Positions 22,207 through 33,700 of a DNA stretch of 33,959 bases are shown piece after piece. The notes below the pieces were generated by a model. That model ran no database searches. It had not been told where the DNA came from and worked only from the letters and a program-made list of their open reading frames with translations. Source of the stretch: Octopus sinensis (lineage: Eukaryota); contig NW_021831953.1 of NCBI RefSeq assembly GCF_006345805.1, positions 1 to 33,959 of the forward strand, read 5' to 3'. Every line of letters starts with the position of its first letter. Positions within the stretch are counted from its first letter, which is position 1. Both the position numbers and the translations under genes were made by a program.

Positions 22207-22843
22207 ATATATGTAAATATGCGTCAATTTAAATGTATATGTATAAAAGTTATAGCTATATACGTATGAATATATATGCATAATAGATATCTAAATCTAT
22301 ATTTATTTTTACATATATTCAAATGCATATGTATGACGTTACATACGAGTTACGTTACATATGGATATATATATATATATATATTTGCGTGTTGATTCGC
22401 ATATGTAGGCGTATTTGTACATATCTATACACTTATATACAAGCGCATATATATGTGTTCATATATATACTCATACGCACATATATGTATATATGTGTGT
22501 GTTTCTATGTATGTATGTATGTATGTATGTATGTATGTATGTATGTATGTATGTATATGTGTGTGGGGTGTGTCTGTTAATCAAGCGACAAATAACGAAT
22601 ACAATTAGTTATTGGTTATGACTATTCCAGCAATGGAAACTGGAACCGACGAGGAAAATATTCCACTGACATATCTAAATAATTTGTACTTTATATGCAT
22701 CAGTTAAGCTTACCTTTACCCACCTGTACCTAAACACATATACACAGGCATACTTCGTCACATGTATAGACATATATGTGCGTATGTATGTGTGTTTACA
22801 TACAGATATATATAGTTAGCCATACATATACGCCTACTCACGC

Positions 22844-22876
<33 letters not shown>

Positions 22877-23420
22877 TGTGTGGGGGTATACATATATATA
22901 TATTATATATGTGTGTTGGTATATATGTATATATATATAATCATATTTGTACGTATGTTTTTCTATGTTAATATATGTGTATTATGTATGCATGTATATG
23001 GGTATATATTGGTATAAATACACACTCAGTTGTATATATTCACCTAAACCAACATAACAACACAATCAAATACATACACACACGATATGATTATATATAT
23101 ATATATATACATTATATATATATGTATATATATATTATATATTTTTAATATATATATAATATATATATACATACATACATATACACATAAGTATATAAGT
23201 CAACACATGAATACTAATAAAAATGTATGTGTTTACATATCTTAGTAAATGTGTGTATGTGTGAGCGCACGTGCGTGTGCTCGCGCGTTTCTGTGTGTTT
23301 CTGTTCTCTACACCAAAGCTTGTATATACACTAAGAACATGTGTGTGTGTGTGTTGTGTGTGTGTATGGCATCTGCACTCTCCGTCTGTGTGTCCTTGGT
23401 ATATATATATATTCATGTAC
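21830..23420. repeat. (TA)n/(TG)n/(TATG)n microsatellite field
   Basis: Seen directly. Confidence 0.9.
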
Positions 23421-23479
23421 GCTACCTATAATTATTCTCTGTCTGTGACTCTTAAATTAACCGTTACCAATTCAACATG

Positions 23480-23802
23480 AAATTCTATGAACCACTCCTC
23501 ATGTTCGACTTCTCTTTCATTTCCCTCTCATTTTCACCCTCGCTATCGATTTCCTTCCCTCTCTACACCCTCCTCTCTCTACCTCTCTATAGTTCTTGTT
23601 ATTCTTTCACTGTATTTCGCTCTCTGGCTGTCTCTCTGTCTCTCTCTTTCTCTCCCTTATTATTATTATTATCTTTCCACTCATTTTCCTCTCTCCAACC
23701 CCATCTCTGCCCATTTCTGTCTACTGTACTATATGTAAATATTTATACATAAACACAAATGTATATATGCATATACTCACGCCACATATATATATAATAT
23801 AT

Positions 23803-23834
<32 letters not shown>

Positions 23835-25275
23835 ATATACATATTATAATATTATATACATATTATATACATATATAGATATACATATATATATACACAT
23901 ATATACAGCACTCATATATATATATACATATATATAACATGTATATATATACATATATATACACACACACATATATATGCATATATACACACACATACAT
24001 ATATATATAGATATATATACACACATATATATATATATACACATATATATACACTCACACACACACACACACACATATATATATTCATACATAAGTACAT
24101 TTATACATTTCTCTCTCTCTCCTCTCATATCCCTCTTATGGGGTACATCACCAACATCATCGTCATCATCATCGTCTCTCACTTTCTCTGTCTTTCTCTC
24201 TCTCTTCTCTTTCCTCTCTTTCCATTATTCGACCGTGCCTTCTTTTTCTCCCTCTTCATTCTGTTTTTGTTCGTAAACACGTTTCTTGCCATCATGTCGC
24301 TTGCCTTTTTTCCTCCTCTTTCTCGCTCTCATCATCTTTTAGTTCTCTTGTCCTTCCTCTTCGCTTCCTCCTCCCTATCAACATATCTGATTCCCTCTGT
24401 CTCTCCACTTCTCACTCCATACCACCCTCTCATTATATCACTCTCAGTTTCTCTCTCCCTCTCTCTCTCCCTCTTCATATTTATCATTCCTTGCGCCACG
24501 GCTGCTCTTAGTACTCCAGATATATTTTGTATTTTAGTATGTTTTTACTCCACAAAATTGCCGGCCTTGAGCTCAAATTGGAAAGGATTCGCTCGTTGTT
24601 TTTATTTTATCGTGTCGTTGTTGTTGTTCTTCGTCTTCTTCCTTATCCTCATATCATTATTATGATTAATATTATTATTAATATTATTAATATTATTATT
24701 GTTATAGTTATTGTAATTATTATTAGTAGTAGAAGTAGGAGGAGTAGTAGTAGGGACATTTGTGGTTATTGTGTAATTTCCGGTGATGTTCTGACGTTTA
24801 TTTATGCATATATATATATGTACACACACACACACACACACATATATATATGCATATATATATACATATATATACATATGCATTTATATGTACACTTATA
24901 TATATATATACATATTTATATAAGTACACATATAAATACATATTTATATATGTATACATATATATACATATTTATATACGTACACATATATACACATATT
25001 TATATATGTACACATATATATACATATTTATATATGTACACATATATATACATATTTAATATGTATAACATATATTACATATTTATATATGTATACATAT
25101 ATATACATATTTATATATGCATTACACACACACATATATGTATATATATATAATATAATATATATATATATATATATAATATATATTATACATATTATAT
25201 ATGTATACACATATATATATATATACATATTTATATATGTATACATTATATATATACATATTTATATATATATTC
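23480..25275. repeat. Alternating TC-rich, (TA)n, (ATT)n and about 30-bp minisatellite low-complexity blocks
   Basis: Seen directly; for example CATATTTATATATGTATACATATATATA is repeated across 24850-25110. Confidence 0.85.
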
Positions 25276-25409
25276 AACAGTCCGCCATAATCACTATGTA
25301 AGAGATTGGTTGGAAAAAGGTAAAAGCTATACGAATATATGAAATGTTATCAATACAACAACAACAACAACAATTTCAGCAACAATAATGAGAAGGATGA
25401 TGATATCAA

Positions 25410-25690
25410 ATCCTAATGAGAGAGATGTAGAGAGTCTCGAAGACTAATACAGCAATTAGACCTGTGGTAATTGGTGCAATTATTACTACGCCAAAATTGC
25501 TACCTAAGAGATTGGAATATATTGGAATTGTGATTCACACTGTCGACTAGCAGAAAAGTGCAACCTTTGAGATTTGAGGAGACTTATTTTCACCAAACCA
25601 CAAGACAACATCCCCAATAAATATTAATAATAACAACAAAAATACTAATAACAATTATGATGATAATAATAATAATGATAATAATGATAA
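25410..25690 (+). mobile_element. 3' end of an R4/Dong-like (restriction-like endonuclease) non-LTR retrotransposon with (AAT)n tail
   Basis: LMREM*RVSKTNTAIRPVVIGAIITTPKLLPKRLEYIGIVIHTVD*QKSATFEI*GDL resembles the LARELxxLW...VPVVIGALGxxPKxL...LQKTA...LE*GDL terminus. Followed by AAT-rich repeats. Confidence 0.7.
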
Positions 25691-25713
25691 TATTTGCCAG
25701 AAGGGCAGCTTAA

Positions 25714-25888
25714 GGGGAGTGGATTAAGTCGATTATTTTGACCCCAATGCATAACTGGTACTTCCCTAATCGACTCCGAAACGATGAAGGCAAAATCGAT
25801 CTCGGGGGAATTTGAACTCAGAACGTAAAGACGGACGAAATACTGCCTTGTGTTTCACCCGGTGCGCTAACGATTCTGCCAGCTCGCC
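25714..25888 (-). mobile_element. SINE family D, variant tail (D2)
   Basis: D head and core, but the tail after GACTTAATCC is A/CCTCCCC-like rather than the GTTTGTCTGTCC tail. Confidence 0.85.
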
Positions 25889-25889
25889 T

Positions 25890-25930
25890 TACTATTATTA
25901 TTATAATTATTATCATCATCATCATCATCA

Positions 25931-25977
<47 letters not shown>

Positions 25978-26150
25978 GAGTGAAAGATCAGAACTTGATA
26001 CCAAAGAGACACTGGGGTAAAATATAAGAAGCCCAGTATACCCATCATGACCACCCGTCTGATAAGGGTACACCAGGCACATGCATCACAACCATATATG
26101 CACGACAAAATGACCTCATACGAAGATTAACAGCGCATGACCTTGCAGGT
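25890..26150 (-). mobile_element. Probable retroposon 3' end with (AAT)n/(GAT)n tail
   Basis: Unique-looking 170 bp ending CTCACTC directly into a long (AAT)n tract on the minus strand. Only one copy in the window. Confidence 0.4.
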
Positions 26151-26167
26151 GTGGCGCTGCAAGAGCC

Positions 26168-26290
26168 AACGTTCTGAGTTCGAATTCCCCCGAGATCGAT
26201 TTTGCCTTCATCCTTTCGGAGTCGAAGTACCTGTTATGCACTGGGGTCGAAATAATCGACTTAATCCCCTTCCCCAAGCTGACCTTGAGC
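26168..26290 (+). mobile_element. SINE family D2 fragment (no A-box)
   Basis: GTTCTGAGTTCGAATTCC...TCATCCTTTCGGAGTCGA...CGACTTAATCCCCTTCCCC. Confidence 0.8.
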
Positions 26291-26353
26291 GGAATGGGCT
26301 ACTCGACATGAAAAAAATTCTAAGTTTTGAACGAATCGTCCATGTTTCCAGAA

Positions 26354-26748
26354 GTGAATTATTCAAACCCCACAAAATTCCTTTCAACACATGGCTATGA
26401 TGCTCCCCCACTACTTCTGCTCGTGATCAGAGATGCACATATCGTCAGCCACTAAGGGACATGCTCAACTGGTTAAGGACAAACAACTGAGAAGCAAATC
26501 TGAGATCTCAGACAAAAGTTGGCTGCTATTTCTAGTTGGTCGCTTGGCCGACCAGTGTGTCGTGCGATATTATTGTTATTGTATCAAAACCTTAATAATT
26601 CGTTCATTTTGTTTAAGGATGTGAATTATTCAAATCCCTCTCAACACATGGCTATGATGCTCCCCCACTACTGATGCTCGTGATCAGAGATCCACATATC
26701 GTCAGCCACCCCCCAAGGACATGCTCATCCGGTTAAGGTCAAACAACT
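26354..26748. repeat. Two direct copies of an interspersed-repeat segment of about 130 bp (26354-26488, 26621-26748)
   Basis: GTGAATTATTCAAA..TCAACACATGGCTATGATGCTCCCCCACTAC..GCTCGTGATCAGAGAT..CATATCGTCAGCCAC..GGTTAAGG.CAAACAACT occurs twice. Confidence 0.88.
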
Positions 26749-26933
26749 CTCAAACACATCTATAGTATTGAGCAGAATAATTTCTCTAGCCCATCTTTTA
26801 TACCAAGACAAACAATGTACATGGTAGGACTTGCAATCAATTAAGATCAGAAGCCATGAGAGCCACTGCCTGGTACTGCATCAGGGCATTTTATCTTTAT
26901 TATTATCATCATCATCATCATCATCATTATTAT

Positions 26934-27334
26934 TGGCAGAAACGTTAGCACGCCGGGTGAAATACGTAACCGTATTTCGTCTGCAGCTACGTTCTGAGTT
27001 CAAATTCCGCCGAGGTCGGCTTTGCCTTTCATCCTTTCGGGGTCGATAAATTAAGTACCAGTTCACTGGGGTCGATGTAAGCGACTTAATCCGTTTGTCT
27101 GTACTTGTTTGTCTTCTCTGTGTTTAGCCCCTTGTGGGTAGTAAAGAAATAGGTATTTCATCTGCCGTTACGTTCTGAGTTCAAATTCCGCCGAGGTCGG
27201 CTTTGCCTTTCATCCTTTCGGGGTCGATAAATTAAGTACCAGTTACACACTGGGGTCGATATAATCGCCTTAATCCGTTTGTCTGTCCTTGTTTTTCCCC
27301 TCTGTGTTTAGCCCCTTGTGGGTAGTAAAGAAAT
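26934..27334 (+). mobile_element. SINE family D, single-headed dimer
   Basis: Head at 26934; the second unit restarts at about 27152 after the tail AAAGAAATAG. Confidence 0.9.
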
Positions 27335-27544
27335 ATATTAACATTATTATTATCACCCAGTAATAATAATAATATTTTCTAGTATAAGCTCAAGGAACGA
27401 AATTTTGAGAAAATTTTTACAAATTTTGTGATAATAATAATGACAACTATGTTGATGATAATAATTTCAAATTTTGGCCTTAGGCCAGTAATCTTATTGA
27501 GATGATGTTATTCGATTATTACCAATCAATTGCTCAAGTAGTAC

Positions 27545-27944
27545 ATCTTTATATATAAAAGTCAAGTTGTGTGTCTGTCTCCTACGATTTAGATTCCTAA
27601 CTACTCCCACATTTTGCGGTGCAGTGTAACCAAAAGCGGGTATCTTATAGTCGTGATTCATATCGAGCCCTTCTGGGTATTAGCGCGCGTCTACGATGAG
27701 TCTACGATTTTTAAAATAATTTACCATCATTTTTTTCCATTTTAATGCATTTTTCGGTATTATATAAGGGAAGTAACTCTCTAAAAATGTCTACGATCAG
27801 TCAACGATTTAAAAAAAAATTACCTTCATTTTTTTTTTTCATTTTTAATGCAATTTTTTGCTATTTTCTAGCTATAACTCTCTAAAAATGCTTATATAGT
27901 TATTTCCCTTACAAACCCGAGCAACGCCGGGCGATACTGCTAGT
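27545..27944 (-). mobile_element. Non-autonomous Helentron/HINE-like element, copy 2
   Basis: Reverse complement of both ends of 14813-15211, with a different middle segment. Confidence 0.7.
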
Positions 27945-27960
27945 TATTTTATAAATTAAG

Positions 27961-28075
27961 AAAGAATGCAAGGCGACGAGGGTTTTTGCGGAATTTAAAG
28001 TCAGAACTTAAAGAGTTAGTAGAAATGGCGCTAAGCATTTCGTCCGAGGTGCAAACTACTTTGCCATCACGCTTC
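27961..28075 (-). mobile_element. Highly decayed SINE D head fragment
   Basis: GCGGAATTTAAAGTCAGAAC...GCTAAGCATTTCGTCCG matches D on the minus strand. Confidence 0.6.
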
Positions 28076-28159
28076 CGATCCCTCTTATAATAATAATAAG
28101 GTGGCGTATGTCCGTATGGTGAGACAAGTTATTGTAGTAGAAGAAAAAGAAGAAGAATA

Positions 28160-28581
28160 GGATCTTTTCGGTTTGTACGACAGTTTTATAAAATAATTTC
28201 CACGTAACTAAACACTTTTAAACTTCGTATAATGGTAGAATGTATTTATAAAACATCTTTTTCTCTTGGCTTTCTTGAGAAAATTCTATAGTTTGTAAGA
28301 TATTTGTTGTTTTTTTCTTCAATTTCTACAATTTCAACTTATCAATGACGTCTATTGAGGTGAAAACATTCTGTGCCGTATGAATATGTTCTTCGTTTAA
28401 GAAACATATTGGGTTTGCATACATTTCTGAAGAAAAAAAAGATACCCTTTCCCCCCACCCCTAACTAACCCTAACCCTAAAATAGATTGAAATGCAATAG
28501 ATCGATACTAGGGTCATAATTATGGGTGTCAATTTCATATGACACCGCTAGAAAAAACTGCCGTTCAAACCGAAAAAATCC
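28160..28581 (-). mobile_element. MITE with 8-bp TSD, copy 2 (inverted relative to copy 1)
   Basis: Same TIRs and interior as 20824-21241. Flanks GAAGAATA and GAAGAATT match at 7 of 8 bases. Confidence 0.88.
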
Positions 28582-28742
28582 GAAGAATTTCTTTGTTAAT
28601 AATATTTCTCTCTTTTAATGAAAGCACGAAGTACTGGCCATTCTTTACTAAATTTCTTAGTCATAGTAAAAACAAACCTTTTGGCAGTCTGCGAGTGCTG
28701 CAACACTAAGTTTTGCTTCGATATTATTGAATTCTATTCTTA

Positions 28743-28949
28743 TATTTCGGGATGATTATTTTTTTTCCTTCTTGCCAAATAAACACACGCACTATAATTT
28801 CGTTATTCACCCGTTTATTCTTATTCTTATTTTATCTTAAGTCTATTGCTTGGAAGATAAAAATAAGAACAATTAATAAACGAGTGAAGAACGAATATAT
28901 AGTGCGTGTGTTTATTTGGCAAGAAGACAAAAATGACCATCCCGAAATA
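28743..28949. mobile_element. Fold-back palindrome or MITE-like element
   Basis: Arms of about 95 bp: TATTTCGGGATG..CTTCTTGCCAAATAAACACACGCACTATA.. and its reverse complement, around a spacer of about 15 bp. TA at both ends. Confidence 0.8.
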
Positions 28950-29325
28950 GAACAATATCTGTTTCAACGCACGATTTCGCATCAGGAATCTTTCAAAACA
29001 AATTCAGTAACGTAACTACTGAATTCATTTGTGGAATATTATTATCGTCACAGCATCAGTTGAAATAATTTTAAGTAATCTGATTCACTCACATTCTCCT
29101 CCTTAATGATAAGTTGTTTCTTTATTTCTCTATGTTTCCCGTTGCCTGATTCTCTCTCTCTCTCTCTCTCTCTCTGCCTGCTTCTGCTGTCTCTCTCTCT
29201 CTGCCTGCTTCTGCCTGTCTCTCTCTCTCTCTGTAGCCTCTCACAAGATGATGGTGTGGTGCTACTGATTTCTGTGTCTGATTTTAAATGGGCAGCTTTC
29301 TGATTCCATCAAAATTATGACTGAT

Positions 29326-29699
29326 GCTGTTGCTGTTGAGCGTAATGGTCTTCATCCTAGAGTGGGAGAAGTCTGAAACGTGGTCCTTTGCTATTTGTAA
29401 GACCCACAGAAGAGAAAGCAGGCAACCCCCCGACACCAAGAGCATCGACAGATGGATAAATGCGCATCCAGGTTCAGCGGTTGAGTAGGAAGTCGGGGAC
29501 AAGAAACAGGAAGAAAGAGTAAGAGAAAGTTGTAGCGAAAGAGTACAACAGGGGTCGCCACCACCCCATGCCGGAGCCTCGTGGAGCTTTAGGTGTTTTC
29601 GCTCAATAAACACACACACAACGCCCGGTCTGGGAATCGAAACCGCGATCCTACGACCGCGAGTCCGCTGCCCTAATCACTGGGCCATTGCGCCTCCAC
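29326..29699 (-). mobile_element. SINE head A + tail 3, with 10-bp TSD
   Basis: Head A at the right end. The unrelated tail ends in CAACAGCAACAGC. TATGACTGAT lies at 29316-29325 and 29700-29709. Confidence 0.9.
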
Positions 29700-29929
29700 T
29701 ATGACTGATCCTGATCTTGAGGCTCTTGAGACCAAGTCCTGCTGCTGCTGCTCTTATTACCTCTGCTGCTCGCCGTTACCAACCCTTATCCTCCACTTCT
29801 GAAACAGTTCAGAGCAAAAAAAAACCACAAGTAGATCCTGCTATCCCAGTTATACCTTGCTACCAGTCCAGAAAAAATAAATGAAGGACATAAAATTGAA
29901 AAGCTGAAAGCCATATTTTAAAGATTACC

Positions 29930-30709
29930 TATTTCTTTATTACCCACAAGGGGCTAAACACAGAGAAGATAAACAAGGACATACAAACGGATTAAGTCGA
30001 TTATATCGACTCCAGTGCGTAACTGGTACTTAATTTATCGACCCCGAAAGGATGAAAGGATGAAAGGCAAAGTCGACCGCGGCGGAATTTGAACTAACAA
30101 AGAAATGGCAGACGAAATACCTATTTCTTTACTACCCACAAGGGGCTAAACACAGAGAGGGCAAACAAGGACAGACAAACGGATTAAGTCGATTATATCG
30201 ACCCCAGTGCGTAACTGGTACTTAATTCATCGACCCCGAAAGGATGAAAGGCAAAGTCGACTTCGGCGGAATTTGAACTCAGAACGTAACGGCAAACGAA
30301 ATACCTATTTCTTTACTACCCACAAAGGGCTAAATAGAGAGAGGACAAACAAGGACAGACATATCGACCCCAGTGCGCAACTGGTACTTAATTTATCGAC
30401 CCCGAAAGGATCAAAGGCAAAGTCGACCTCGGTGGAATTTGAATTCAGAACGTAACGGCAGACGAAATACCTATTTCTTTACTACCCACAAGGGAGACAA
30501 ACAAGGACAGAGGGGACAAACAAGGACATACAAACGGATCAAGTCGATTATATCGACCGTTGTGCGTAACTGGTACTTATTTAATCGACCACGAAAGGAT
30601 GAAAGGCAAAGTCGACCTCGGCGGAATTTGAACTCAGAACGTAACGGCAGACGAAATACGGCTACGCATTTCGTCCGGCGTGCTAACGATTCTGCCAGCT
30701 CGCCGCCTT
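29930..30709 (-). mobile_element. SINE family D single-headed tetramer with 19-bp TSD
   Basis: Tail motif CTTTA(C/T)TACCCACAA at 29935, 30127, 30311 and 30477; one A-box head. CCATATTTTAAAGATTACC at 29911-29929 and 30710-30728. Confidence 0.92.
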
Positions 30710-31299
30710 CCATATTTTAAAGATTACCGTATGTGTACAACGCAATCTTTCTCCTTCTGTTCAGTCTGAATCGTAACTGAAACGTAACACAGTTCCTGGG
30801 AGTAAATTGATATTTTTCTTAGTACTTCCAAGTGCGTTTCATGAATACGTCCTAAATGTAAATTAGATTGTATTTTTTTCTCCTCTAGCCTTAACTTAGT
30901 GTATTATGTGTTCTTATTTCATAAAGACATGCTGAGAAATATATTGACAAACATATTTATTTAGTTCCAACTTCATAAAATGGTAGCGCATTCTGTATGT
31001 ATAGAAAATATTATGCATAAGCTATGCTCGCATAGCAAACTCCATACTTGTGGGGATTATTCAATCGCCGTGCGTCAACAACAGTTAGTCTAATATCGCC
31101 CTGACTACCTCGCCGCTAATAAAATGGAATAGCCTGGAGCTGTATTCAAACGACTTCAAATATGAACACAACTGATCTGATTGAATTAGCAAACGAAATG
31201 TTATGGCGTTTCTGGGGATAAATTGGAATATATTGTAATATGAATATTCGAATAGTTTCTAGAATATTTTTGCGTGTGTGAACTTCTATGTATATCGTA

Positions 31300-31463
31300 C
31301 ATATATATACGTACATATGTGTGTATGTATGCATATATGTATGTATCTATGTGTGTAGGTATTTTTGTGGTGTGTATGTAAGTGTATACATACGTATATG
31401 TATGTGTATGTATTTTTAATATATATATATGCTCACGCATGTACATAATATATGTGTGTGGAA

Positions 31464-31497
<34 letters not shown>

Positions 31498-31545
31498 GCT
31501 ACCTATCTATCTATCTATCTATCACTCTATATATATGATATAATA

Positions 31546-31598
<53 letters not shown>

Positions 31599-31807
31599 GT
31601 GTGTGTGTGTGTTGGAATCTCTCTCGCTATCTATCTATCTATCTCTCTCTCTATCTCTCTCTCTCTCTCTATCTATTATATATATATATGTATATATTTA
31701 TGTGTGTGGTGTGTGTGTGTGTGGAATCTCTCTCGCTATCTATCTATTTATCTATTTATCTATCTATCAATCTATATATATATATAGATATATATAGATA
31801 TATATAT

Positions 31808-31878
<71 letters not shown>

Positions 31879-31940
31879 TGCATATAGATAGATATGCATA
31901 GATAAAAACATACTTACAAACGTACACACACACACATATA
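31300..31940. repeat. Compound (TATG)n/(TC)n/(TATC)n/(TA)n/(GATA)n microsatellites
   Basis: Seen directly. Confidence 0.95.
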
Positions 31941-32099
31941 CACAGAGGTATAACTAATCTATTATTCGTAGCATTCCAGGGGGAGTGGCAGCAAATGACG
32001 GAAGTCTTTATTGATAGCACGTGGATGAAATCTACAGTTAGTCTCGCTAAGGTTTCGCTACCGCAGCTGATAGCTTCTATGTGACCAGATGGCACAGGG

Positions 32100-32170
32100 T
32101 GAAGGCGTGTGCCTTAGTGGTTGAGGTGAGATATCCGGTTATTGATCGTAAGGTCCTGAGTTCGATACTA
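32100..32170 (+). mobile_element. SINE head-B-like tRNA fragment, truncated
   Basis: GAAGGCGTGTGCCTTAGTGG A-box and GAGTTCGATAC B-box, cut off just before the MITE. Confidence 0.55.
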
Positions 32171-32179
32171 AGAAATGCG

Positions 32180-32421
32180 AGATCTTTTCGGTTTGAACGG
32201 CAGTTTTTTTCTAGCGGTGTCATATGAAATTGTCACCCATAATTATGACCCTAGTATCGAGCTTTTGCATTTCAATCTGTTTTAGGGTTAGGGTTGGTCA
32301 GGGTTAGGGTTAGGGGTGTGGGGAAGGGTATCTTTTTTTTCTTCAGAAATGTAAATAAACCCAATCTGTTTCTTAAACGAGGGACATATCCATACGGCAC
32401 AGAATTTTTTTTTCACCTCAA
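32180..32421 (+). mobile_element. MITE copy 3, 3'-truncated
   Basis: Left TIR GATCTTTTCGGTTTGAACGG and the first 240 bp or so match copy 1. No right TIR. Confidence 0.85.
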
Positions 32422-33067
32422 AGTTCCATTGATTTCCCTCCCCACCAAACTTGAATTATCGCTTCCATTGTCTTTGATTTGAAAGCCATTTAATTTGGTT
32501 GAAGGAATATTTTATTTTTTCCTATCAAATCCCTTCGCAAGATTTCGATATCTTACACACCAGCCTATCTATCCGTTTAAACTTATTTTCCAAACTGCAA
32601 TTCTATATATTTTGCTATTTCTTTCTATACAAAATTCTTTCGTTTCACTCGAACATCCCTTTGCATTCGTAATTTTTTATGTTCTTCAGATATCTTAGAA
32701 ATATACACGAATTTTAAAACTTTGACTATTTATTATGTTTTTATTATCAAATCCATATTGATTATTCTTCTTTCATCTTTTTTCCTCTTTTATATTCTAC
32801 GCTAATCGGCAACATATTCTTCATATCCCTTCATTTATTTTACTTTCTTTCGTCCAGGCCTGTTATTCGGATACCGAATACAATATTATTGAGATATTGC
32901 CAGCCAATCAAAAACTTTACTCAATAGTTCAATAATATAAATAAAAAAGCATTGAAATATCATTTGGCGTAGAAGTTTTTGAATTTTCACATGTAGATCG
33001 AAAACAAGGAGCTCAGAATCATGATATTAGAAGATTCAATTTCCAATGAGAATCGTCAAAAATAGGA

Positions 33068-33069
33068 CA

Positions 33070-33132
<63 letters not shown>

Positions 33133-33199
33133 CTATCTATATATATATATATATATATATGCATGTATGTATGTATGTGTGTGTGTGTGTATGTATATG

Positions 33200-33230
<31 letters not shown>

Positions 33231-33301
33231 GGAGGGAGATAGAAAGATGGATAGATATGCACATACATACATTTATACACACGCACACACACATATATAC
33301 A

Positions 33302-33337
<36 letters not shown>

Positions 33338-33700
33338 TGTGTGTGGTATGTTGTAACATGCACACATATGTAATATACATACATATAAATATTATGTACC
33401 TGTATGTATATGTATGTATATATATATATGTACCTGTATGTGCATATATATATGTAGACATATATATTATATATGTATGCATATACATATATATACACAT
33501 ATATGCACATGGATAAGTGTATATGTGTGTGTATACTTAAATGTATATATACATGTATATGTATATATGTATATATTCTATACATACATATATCTGTTTA
33601 TATACCTATGTGTATATATACAGATATAGATTTTACATTTATATATATATATATATATATACATATATGTGTGTATGTATGTATTTATGTATATGTACGT
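33068..33700. repeat. (TATC)n/(TA)n/(TG)n/(GA)n microsatellite field
   Basis: Seen directly. Confidence 0.95.

Noticed and set aside
29930-30709. CRISPR-like or satellite array
   Set aside because: The units are SINE D bodies of 166-192 bp with no unique spacers, and the context is eukaryotic.
32858-32945. Terminal exon after a strong polypyrimidine/CAG acceptor
   Set aside because: All frames stop within 26 codons and there is no recognisable homology. It cannot be told apart from chance in this T-rich region.
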